This document shows positions 14,401 through 25,500 of a DNA stretch of 64,000 nucleotides, in pieces. The stretch spans positions 15,308,537 to 15,372,536 of the forward strand of contig NC_057750.1 in the NCBI RefSeq assembly GCF_004010195.1. Reading direction: 5' to 3'. Both the position numbers and the translations under genes were made by a program. Position 1 is the first letter of the stretch. Every line of letters begins with the position of its first letter. The DNA is from Chiloscyllium plagiosum. Its lineage: Eukaryota. Below the pieces are notes generated by a model, which saw nothing but the letters and a program-made list of their open reading frames with translations, did no database searches and was not told the origin of the DNA.

Positions 14401-17400
14401 CAGAGCTTATATTGAACTAATCTTGTTCAATTTGGCTATGTGCAGAGCTGTATAATTGGTTTTAAAAACTTCAGACATGTTTAAAACTTACTGCAAAATA
14501 ACTAAAAACAGTCACGGATGTAACAAAACTGGACAAAGGGATAAGTGGAGCAGTTTCCCAAACACACCACTTTGCTGTCCCATCTACAAACTTCAGAACA
14601 CTTACTTAGATTAATAACTGGCATGAACAACACTGATCTCAGTTAATGATTGTGATCCCTACGTAAATGCAGAGGTCCAAGAGAAGGTATGCAGTATATC
14701 AACAAAGGACAGACAGCTGAAAAGGTTTGCATAGTCATTTGTAGGATTGAGGGGTTGGGGTGATTTTGATGAAAGAAATGCAGGATTGCAGTTGACAAAG
14801 AAAAAATTCCAATACCACTATCTCAAAGTCTATACCGGCAGTCCAAACATTTAAACATTGTTTCTTTTTAGCTTTCCAAGAAAAAGGACATTTTCCATTT
14901 TCACTGAAAGAAATATTATGAAACCAGCTATACTGGGTTATCAACAGAAACAATAAAATATGAAGCATTGTAGTGAGTTCCATGCTCTTTAGCTCACTTA
15001 CGGATGGAAAATTAACAGTGCATTTATCAGGTTTAAACCTTAACATTTTACTTGCCCATAAAATGTTCTAGATTTCAGGGTATTCATCACAGTATTTAAC
15101 TTCAACAGATCTAAAGCAGCATCTGGCCCATTGTAAGTGCACAATGGGTCCAACTGACCAATCAAACTTGACAATTTCTCTTGTTATCTTTTGTATACAG
15201 AGAAACCTGTATATGTATAATTGAAGTTCCTCACCTTTCGGTGAATACTTGGGACAATTAACAATGATTGGAATAATATCTGTCAATAGCACTGTTGATT
15301 TTAAACGTACTTCACATCTGTTCAGGTTAGAATCTAAACTGATAGGTTTAAAAGCCCACAAGCCAGGTTCCAACTTTTAAGTTCTACTCAAATCCTAAGC
15401 ACATCTTTCCAAATATGCAGCTCTGCCTCATCAGAAATCATAGATTCCTGAAGGTTTTTCCTAAAGATACCAATAAAGCATGGCGAGATCTGCTTTTATC
15501 TGAAAGCAACTTGTTTCAGCAAAACAGGTCTCACTAAAAATAAAGCCAGACAAACAGGCTGTTTTCAACAGGACCCACGGCTTTCCTTCGGAATCCATAT
15601 TGGTTATGCAGCTCTAATTAGTATCACTTTGCAGAAATGCAGCTTTTTGAACAGTTGATCAACATCCATCGTTATGTGGCCAAAAAAGCTAAAAATATTT
15701 GAATATTCTTTTTCCCTGTGGGACAGCCCACTCAAGTATTTGAATTATCCAACTGTTATTTAAAACTCCTCTTAACTAGTGTCACTTCAGCTTCAAATCT
15801 CATCCACAAAGACTTTTCCCACACAAATCAACTTACCTGCCAACCAGCTTTGCTGTGTATCTCAGAGTAACTCAAAGTCAAATTACTTGCATTTTTCTGG
15901 TCTCCTCGTAGTTTATCCTCAAATTTATAGCAGCCATCAAAACTTCACGATCCGAGGTTATCCGTTTCTATTAGACTTCTGCTTCCTTTGTTTCATTGTG
16001 TCACTAATTCATGCCACTGCCAAGCTCATTATTGACTGCATTTTGTTCCTCAGGACTTTCATCACAAAGCACCCAAGCATCTGAGGTATATGGTACCCAC
16101 AAGTGAGATATTCATGCTGTTGTTCCTCATTTGCAAATGCCCCTTCATTATCACTGCTGCCCCAAAATCAGTTTCCATCCATTTCTGTGATTTTTCCCTA
16201 TAATACTCCTCCTGTCCAAACCATGCATTATTAGTCAGATTAACCTAGTCACCAGACCCACAAAACAGAATTAAAAGATTGTTGTCTTTGTCCCATATCT
16301 TTACATTCTTCAGCTGTGTGGTAACTACCTCTTTAAATTCATGCAAGTAAATAAGAAACAGGAGCAACAGCAGGTTATTTCACCCCTCAAGCTTGCTCCA
16401 CCAAGTCAATGGTTGCTCGGACTGTGACTGGAACTCCACGTGTGTCTGTGGGCCCCCAAATCTTCGACTTCCACATAGACCAAACAAACCACAACCTAAC
16501 TCAGCATTTCAGTATGTTCCATAACCCACAATAGAAGGCTTCCAACAAAATAGGTCACTGAATCCTTTTTAACAGACTTTGCACTTTTCATTATCTTTAT
16601 TAGCCTCATACCTGTACTTTGCTATTGGAGATGAAGGATGAGCACGTTGTTTATACAGATTTGGAACAATTTGCTTTTCTCCATTATTGGAGAAAATGTA
16701 CATGACTTAACCTTGCTTTGATCGTTAGAGAATCATAGTAACATTTAAAAACAATGAGGTCTACCAAATGTAACTGCATTCTCTTTCCTGCCTCCCAGCT
16801 CTTTTCAAACCGATGGCAGCATCAACGGAAGCAACCACACCAGTCTCCATCACAGGAGCAAGATTGGGCCAGTCAGCAAAGCCCACTCCACAATCATAGA
16901 TCATGGTTGATCTTCTACTTCAATGCCACTCAAAGCAGATGTCTTTGTATGTAAAGGGAAATCTTAATACATTCAACTATTCTGTTTAACAGGCCAAAGG
17001 CATTGAAAGGAGGAAACAAATTGGATTATCATCGTCTTGTTAGAGGCCAGAGACCAGCAATTTTCTTTCTCTTTCTACTCTTCAACTCATCCCTTTCTCC
17101 CAAGCCACCTGGCGTATGCACTCCTTTCACCGGCTTAGTTGGTAAATGTATCCTCTGACTAAATGGACCGAAGCAGACACTGAGGAATTGAGTTGGTTCA
17201 ATCCCGCTTATGTTGAATAATTGAATATGAATGAGAGGGACGGATTCAAAGCTACAACTGGTCTTAAAGCATTTCATTTCCTCCTGTCATTACCATAATT
17301 TAACAACAGGGTCATAATCTTGTCACTGACCCACACACTGGAAAACATCTTTCCTTCCATCCTGCCCACCAACTTCAAGTTGAGTGCACCCCCCCCATCC

Positions 17401-17923
17401 CTACACCCATCCCCTCCCTTCTCCAGATGCAAGTTAAATTAGGACAGTTACATCACAACAAGCCAGTCATTCCTAAAATACACAAGGAAAAGAAACGGTT
17501 TCTAAGGAAACCTTATACTCTTCTGGTCCAGTCATAAACTGGAACCATGCAATTTATGCAGCTCAAAAATCTGTTTTTAGATGGCTAATTCAACAGTTAG
17601 AAGTAATGGATACTACAATAAAAACAAATGTGAAACTTTATAGGTGAATAACTTTGTCCAGCCACATGCAAATAGTAACTAATAATAAAAAAATCTGTGC
17701 AATCAGTTTATACATAGTTTGTAGCATTCAATGTGTTCATACATAGTGTTGCCAAACAAAGAGTCTTGGGGTGCAAATGCAAAGTTCCTTGAAAGTGGAG
17801 TTGCAGGTAAACAGGGTGGTGAAAATGGCATTTTGCATGTTTGCCTTCTGTGGTCATTGCATTAAGTATGGAAATTGGGACATGTTGCAGCTGTACAGGA
17901 CATTGATGAGGCGATAGTGAGCA

Positions 17924-18068
17924 TTGCAGATGCTGGAGATCAAAGTCAAGATTAGAGTGGTGCTGGAAAAGCACAGCAGGTCAGGCAGTCTCCGAGGAAC
18001 AGGAAAATAGAGTTCCTAATGAAGGGCTCCTGCCTGAAACGTCGATTTTCCTGCTCCTCGGGTGCTGG
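17924..18068. mobile_element. Short Penelope-derived fold-back element nested in a CR1 remnant
   Basis: Same family as 40214-40446 (gctggaaaagcacagcaggtcaggcag ... gaaacgtcgattttcctgctcctcgg). Degenerate hammerhead core. Confidence 0.65.
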
Positions 18069-18692
18069 CAAAATGAATTTATCTGTTTAGGATATCTGGT
18101 CGGTGCGGACGAGTTGGACTGAAGGGCTTGTTTCCATGCTGTATAATTCTATGACTCTAATAGGAAGGCTATTGATATAAGAGACCAACTCTCAGACATT
18201 TGAAAATCTACCTTTAAACTCCTAGTGGCAAATTTCTGCTCTGGAAAACCTGAGAATGAAAGTTATATTGGAGCAAAATATTGGGTGGGTTTACATTGTG
18301 TTCTCTTTATGTCCAAATGGTGGTGCATGTGAAGCTATCTTTTAGGCTATACAATCAAAGTTTGGATCTAAATGAAGGAAGGGCAACCTTAAGGCTGTGC
18401 AAGTTAAATGGTCTGATGAGTGGCTTCGGATATCATTCATCCAAGATACAACGTGTTAATGATCTTGTGACAAGGCAGCAGAGTACCCGAATAAATGGAT
18501 TAATTATAGTACAGCACCTCTAGACTTCATGCTGCTTCCAACAGCTTCTTGCCTGGGTACACTGTTCCCAAAGGAGGGACTTACCTCCTTGTACATGACT
18601 GAAAGAGAGGATAGGGCAAAAGCAAGTATAGTTCATAAAAACTATAGTTCATAGATAAGTTCATATAATTCATAAGAATACTTCATGCTGAC

Positions 18693-18831
18693 CGTATGTG
18701 TGTTGCTGGTAAGGACTCAAGCTGGCGTGATAGGAACAGCTCTCGATGTTTGAGCTGGTGTTGCTGTTTCTCTGTCAACTGCTGTGGGCCATCCAGGTTT
18801 GTTTCTGTTTCCATCTCCTCCTCCAGGTCCT
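18693..18831 (-). CDS. MTA1: MTA-family exon 5 equivalent (BAH): [46 protein letters not shown]
   Basis: 139 bp, ttgcag / gtcagc, phase 1 to 2. [19 protein letters not shown] is the MTA BAH signature. Confidence 0.96.
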
Positions 18832-19004
18832 CTGCAATTAAAGATGCAACAAAAAAAGTCACACGGTGCTCAGAGTAGATGGAGACCAAAACAAAGCACT
18901 TTGGGGCACTGGAGCTCCATTACTAGTTCGACAGTCAAGAGCCAGACCTCAGTTTGTAAACTCCATCATGCATTTGCAACTCTTCAGAGATACTGATACA
19001 TTGT

Positions 19005-19483
19005 TATGGTTCTGTTCGCCGAGCTGGGAATTTGTGTTGCAGACGTTTTGTCCCCTGTCTAGGTGTCCTCAGTGCTTGGGAGCCTCCTGTGAAGTGCTTC
19101 TGTGATCTTTCCTCCGGCATTTGTAGTGGCTTGTATCTGCCACTTCCGGTTGTCAGTTCCAGCTGTCCGCTGCTGTGGTCGGTATATTGGGTCCAGGTCG
19201 ATGTGCTTATTGACTCATCCACTGATTCAATCAATAAGCACATCGACCTGGACCCAATATACCGACCACTGCTACGGACAGCTGGAACTGATAACCGGAA
19301 GCGGCAGAGACAAACCACTACAAATGCTGGAGGAAAGATCACAGAAGCGCTTCACAGGAGGCTCCCAAGCACTGAGGATGTCACCTAGACAGGGGACGAA
19401 ACATCTGCAACACAAATTCCCAGCTCGGCGAACAGAACCACAACAACGAGCACCCGAGCTACAAATCTTCTCACAAACTTTGA
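19005..19483. mobile_element. Penelope-like fold-back insertion (about 210-bp inverted arms) with TSD
   Basis: 19001-19213 is the reverse complement of 19231-19446. Direct repeat atactgatacattgt at 18990-19004 and 19484-19498. It encodes SINKHIDLDPIYRPL (Penelope ORF end) and carries a pLTR hammerhead motif at 19369-19408. Confidence 0.9.
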
Positions 19484-22444
19484 ATACTGATACATTGTAT
19501 GACTAGAGGTGGCTGTTAAAAGGGACCCACCAAGGAATACATACAATCTGCTGCTCCAATCCTCTTTGACAAGCTCTACTTTGAAAATAGTTTCCTTGTT
19601 CCAAAGGTTAATACAACGATCTGTATTAGCCTTAAATGAAGGGAGCTTCAATCTAGACCCACATTCTACTGCATCAGGGATATGCTGGATGCTTCAAGTG
19701 GAAAATACTTAATGGCCAGCGTCAAAACCCTTGACAAAAAAAAAAAATCCCCTGCTGCTCCCCCATTCCTTAGGCAATGTTTCTTCCCTGTACTGTGCAT
19801 CAAGGCAGTGGAACAGTGTTCATCTCGTCTCTCCACTCATTGTTCCCCATTTTATTAATCTAAGACAGATTAAAAGTCCCAAACTCAGTTGCAAGCCTGT
19901 GGTGTTCATCATTGCCAACTACAGTAATAGGAAGGTACCTGACTGGAACAGGATGGGGAGATACATCGAGAATCAACAAAGATACTCAGCTTTCTTCATT
20001 GCAACGACCCCAAATTTGACAGCAGACACATAAATGCCAGACCAAATCTCAATCCAAGGTTTAATAAACAGAAGAACAATTCAACATTCCTAAAGTCCAT
20101 CAGGTTGCTTTACCATACAAAATCACAAGTTAATTTCTAAACAATCTCCACTCTACCACATTATTCCCATATCATTAGATTCCCTTAGTGTTCAATAATT
20201 TACCATCTACTAAACGGTCAATCGAGCAGCCACATATACAGAATTCCAAAGATTCACAACCATTCAATTGAAATAAATTCTCATCTCAGCTGCAATTTGC
20301 TGACCATCTCATTCAGAAATTATCATTAGCTTAAAACACTCGTGCAGGGATTTACCTGGTCAGGCTCTCCAAGTATCCTACACATTTCCAAAAGGTCTTC
20401 TAAACGCTACAAAATTTTCAACCATCATGCTCCACCTCTCCTCAGAGCACAATCCTCTTGTGCTCGAATCTCTCTCATTAACCTTGGTTGTATTCTGGTT
20501 GAGGCATTCAAGGAGACCAAAACTGTGCATAGCTTTCCAGGTGTGACTCTTACTCCAAGGTCCTATATAATTTCAGCAAAATTTCACTCAATGCTAAATC
20601 TTTTGAAATCAAGGACAAGATAACATTTTCCTTCCTAATGGTTTGCTATGCTCGCATGCTACCTTTGAGATTCACATAAAGCATACCAAATCTCCTCTGA
20701 ATACTAACATTAACTCACCTTTCCCTGTCAAATCTCAAGCTGATAATCTTTCACTTCAGATGTGTTCTAAGTTTTTAAAACAAAGATTAACTCTTCAGTG
20801 GTTGAAGTGTTGCTGCTTATTAATCTGACATGCACGATATGGATCATGTTTGGTACCCAGTCCATGTTTCTACTGTTGCATCTTTCCTATCCAAAGTGAA
20901 TATTTTGCACAGCCCCAAATCATATTCCATTTGCCACCTTTTTTGTCAAATCATTTAACCACCCTTTATAACACTCTGGGTGCCCTCACAGCTCTCACTC
21001 CAACGTTCTTAATTCCTTTGCCCATGTCACGCATGAAATCTTCCATTGTCACTATATTCACAGCCTTTGAGAGGCAAGTCCAGGTTTTTGTTGCCCTTTG
21101 AATGTTAAAGTGCTCCTTCACTCTGAAATGATCTGAGTGTTGATTGACAGAGTACTTTGCATGAACTTTACTGAAACCACAAAAGTTTTTCAATGTTTAA
21201 TTCAGGCCATCTCTTAAACCTTCTAGACTTAAGTGAATGGAAATAATGTTTACAGAATCTATTCTCATTATTTAATCCATTAACCTCTGTACAATTTTTG
21301 TGAATCCATGCTGAACTTAAACAGCACTTCAAAGGGCCAGGATCTGTACAATTGAAGAACTGCGACCTTTTGTATTTCATTAGTCTTTTGGTCACTTGTT
21401 GCACCTGGATACACGCTTTGTTGAGATACTGGGACAGGACACAAATTTATCCACAGCTCCCAATTCTTATCATTATGAAATAATAGGCTTGGTATTCTCA
21501 GTTCAAAAATAGGTAAGTTTAGACCTCCAGAGTGATCACTATATATCAGTTGTTGCCCTTTGCTACATGGTTTCCTCCAATTATGAAAATTTATTTTTGT
21601 TAGTCATGTAACTGCGACAGCAGTGGTCCCCAACAAAAATAATGCTGATTGGAAAAAAAATCAAGAGTTCACTGCAGGCAAACTGAACAGAGAGTTACCA
21701 GAGAGCATTGCCATTCAAAGCCCAGCTATGGTCGACACATGGGAAAGCCGAGAGACTGCATTTATACAGTGCCTACTAACATTGAAAAAAAAAAGTACAC
21801 CACATACTTTGCAGTGCTTTTGTTTTTAGTTGCTGCAGACTTGAGACTCCAGCCTCTGCTGCAATCTTCAGTAGGCAATGGGACAGAACAGTTAAACGCA
21901 TCCATTTTGGACTATACTTCGCCAGTCAAGACAACATTTTAACAGCATAAGAAAATAAGAGTATTAATACTCATAATAGTCATTAACACACATTTTGATG
22001 CAGAGATATTTTCATATCATACCTGAAACATGCATTCAAATAACTAATCCTAGCAGCCAGTAAATGTCAGCTTGGTTTTCTATGAAGCACAGACAAATAG
22101 AAAACAGAACAGGCCACACAAGAGCCCATTAGGTAGGCTGGCAAGGAAAATAAGTATCCATGTACAACTGATATAGTCAATGGAAGCAAAACTTATAGCA
22201 GCTGGAACAGCAGGTCCACAATAGAGGCCAAGTCACAAGAGCAATAAACTCCATGCAGCGCCTTGGCCTTGGTCAAGAGTAGAATCTCAAAGTCAAAATT
22301 CCTACGTCCTGGATTCATCTCGTTGTCTCTGCAACTGCAGCATTATGGTCTGTCCATTCAGTCCAAAGTGAAAAGTTAAGTAAAACTTTGTCCTGAGGTC
22401 CGCGGATTGTAGCCCGAAACTACCAGAAATGGGAATTTACTCAC

Positions 22445-22522
22445 CAGTTTTAGGCAGTGTTTCTTGTGGAACATCAGGGACCTCAGTCGGTAGTATTGCA
22501 TCACAATTATCCAGCTCTTGGC
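22445..22522 (-). CDS. Candidate alternative cassette exon (78 bp, in frame): (S)QELDNCDAILPTEVPDVPQETLPKT
   Basis: T-rich tract plus tacag acceptor, strong G|gtgagt donor, phase 1-1 symmetric, no stop codon. Same intron position as the optional exon 4 of mammalian MTA1, but no sequence similarity that I recognise. Confidence 0.55.
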
Positions 22523-25500
22523 CTGTACAAATCGCGAACAAACAACAAATGGTGAAACAGTTCAATTTACCCACTTAAGGGGAAAACCCCATCGTGCGCC
22601 TTACTCTTATCTAACTAGGATTACTGTGCTCTGATTTGACCAAGCAACTTGGATATACTTATTATTTACTGCAGCCTTGTCCAATGTCAATACAGGACAC
22701 ATGCCCAGCACCAAATCCAGGAATTCATCCACGTTGATGACAAGACAGTGCTGACACAGGCATCACTGCTCAAGGACAAAACTAGGACACTCATTAGCAG
22801 CATTGACCTACAGGATTACTATTTCCAGAAGTGACGCTCCTGTCCCAAATCAACAGAAGACAGGGCAGTTGGCATTCCATCTTAACAATGAAGTCACCAA
22901 CAAAAAAATCAACAGTTCCTTCTGCAAAAGACAACTTACCCACCAAGCCACCCAAAACAACAGGACGTTAACCTATCGGTCTCAAAATCCAGCAGCACTA
23001 GCTGAAGTGTGAAATTTCAGGTTAACCTGATCTGGAATATTGCTGAAGAGCAAGAATCCTTCATCATGCTCAAGTAGCCCTCATCTACACCCTGCTTCAC
23101 AGTTCTGCAGCATCTACACAAACAATGCAGATTTACAAAGAAACACCACCATAAAAGGTAGGTATCAGAGATAGAAAGGCAAAATACCTATTGCTGCTGA
23201 ACAAGAGTCATACCAGACTCCAAACGTTAACTCTGTTCCTGTGCCCACAAATGATGCCAGACTGGAGTTTCTCCAGCATTCCCCACATTGGAGAATGTTC
23301 TGCTCTGTGAAATGAGCGTCACAAATATTCCCATCCTCAAAAACCCACCAGGAAGCACTCCAAATCAGGTGCGTCTTTCCAGAAAAGAGGCTAATATTCC
23401 TGAAGTTGAGATCAATGATGGAAGTCATTGTACCAGCACAAAGAACCAACACCCCATCACTGACCCAGCAAAAGTCCCTGATTTCCATCTCCCTTGATGA
23501 TAGTGGACACAACTCAGTCACATCGAAGAACGATGTGCGTGCCTGCTCAATAAATGAAAAGATAGTGGGCAGTGCAAAGTGGGATTGTGGCCATTAGTTT
23601 CAGACTTTTGAAGAACACATCGCCCCAACCTTCCAATGAAAACGTGTCATGGAAAGAACCTAATTTCTCCATTCAATATCTCTGGAATGCATCAATGGAT
23701 ATTCCGACTAAACATCCCATTATCATCTCCCCTGTAATTAATAATATGGCAAAAAAAAAGTGTACCCTCAGGCGAAAAGCTATGGAAAGTTTTGACACAA
23801 TGCTGGTGCATAAACCGATTTAAAGCTGCAAAGAAGCATATTTAGATGGGTTACTGGGATGGGCAGCTGGGGTAAGGTATCTGATTTGCACTGATTGACA
23901 GCCTCTCTGCAACTGAGAGTAACCCAAGACAGAAGAAGAATGGAACTCAGTTAAGGTTATATTTGGGGAACTGCTCCGAATCGTACTTGCCATCAATCAA
24001 AACCTTCAAGCTGTTAACTCTCATTGAAGAGTCTCCTGCAGGTTTTTACAGAATAAGGGAGGGGGGAAAAAAAACAATAAAAAAGATTAGGCAGTACTGC
24101 TACCCTGATCGTTCCCAAAATGCAGAATTACACTGTGGCAACTCTTCCAGGTCTCGTACGCTGCTGACACCAAGCTCACAGAGGACAAAGTGTTACCTGA
24201 AGGAACTGTCAACTACCAGCTCAAATGGAACTTATAGGAGGAGAAAGCTGGAAGCATGTGCGAGAGAAAGAGACAAACCTCACCGCAGCTTGGAGGAAAA
24301 GAACAGTTCCAACTGGTCAACACAGCAACTGGATCTGTTCTACGGTATTTCGATTACATAGCCATCTAATCCCAATATCTTTTTTGGTTTACAAATGGCT
24401 GCTTGTGGGACTGCTGAATAAATATCCCCCTAAGTAGCTTTGTGTTTTCGGTTAATCAGTGCTCCAGCTACACTCGCGTATGATCCAGGTGCTAGGTGTA
24501 GTAAAGCAGGGACTTCAAAATTCCCTCCCTACACAATTAATACAAAGGAGCTTCAAGGTGAACACTGCTCTTTTGTTCACGGTCTCTTAGCTTCAGTTGC
24601 TCAATCAAGTAAAAGGCTATCCATTGACAAGGAGAAAAAGTTCCCAACCACAAAGGGTTAAGGTAACTTCAAAAGATCTCTCTCTCTCCCTTAATCCATC
24701 AGACACCAAGCCTATCGGGGCTTCAACTCAGGAGAGACTGGGTCACGTGGTTTGTGTTCTTGTTCAGTTCCCATTGATTACACACGCAGCAGGATACGCT
24801 TCTGGGCACTCTCTGAAGAACAGCAGCAGCTGTCTGTGGAGTCTCCAGGCAGCCATTTTGGACGGACAGACCAAGCAGATCGAAGTCTCAGATTGATGCA
24901 GACACCAGACATCTTTCCCTCCCTGACAGCAGAAGCTTTCACACATTAGTTTAGGAAAGGATGTTGCTAGAAACAGCACTACAACAGAGCTGTGACATCA
25001 GCTACACATCCTGCTGAATTAAATGTACTATAAGAACTCCCACAACATTTTATGAAAATTCTCTGCACACAGCACAAGCATTGGACATGAGACCAGTCAA
25101 TCAAAATTATCACTTCAATGACTGAGACTGAACTGCATTCCCACTGATTAAAAAAAGGCCAACAGAAGTCATTTTCATTTACTTCTCCCTGCCATTTTTC
25201 TCCTTGATGTCTCCGCTCATCATTTGGTTTGATTTATTATTGTCATGTACCAAGATACAGTGAAAGGTATTGTTGCGCGTGCTATCCAGGAAAATCATAC
25301 CTTACATAAGTACATCAGGGTAACAGAACAGAATGCAGAATATCGTGTCATAACTTCAGAGAGTGTGCAGAGAAAGATCAACTCAAATAGGTGAGAGGTC
25401 CATTCAGAAGTCTGATAATAGGGAAGAAGCTGTTCTTGAATCTGTTGGCCTGTGTTTGTAAACATTTGCATCATCTGCCCGATGGAAGAGAGTATCATCA

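Noticed and set aside
19004..19506. Near-identical ORFs on opposite strands (19004..19342 -, 19102..19506 +)
   Set aside because: Artefact of the inverted repeat; not genes.
24190..24340. Several donor/acceptor-like words suggesting microexons
   Set aside because: No combination gave a convincing frame-preserving exon.
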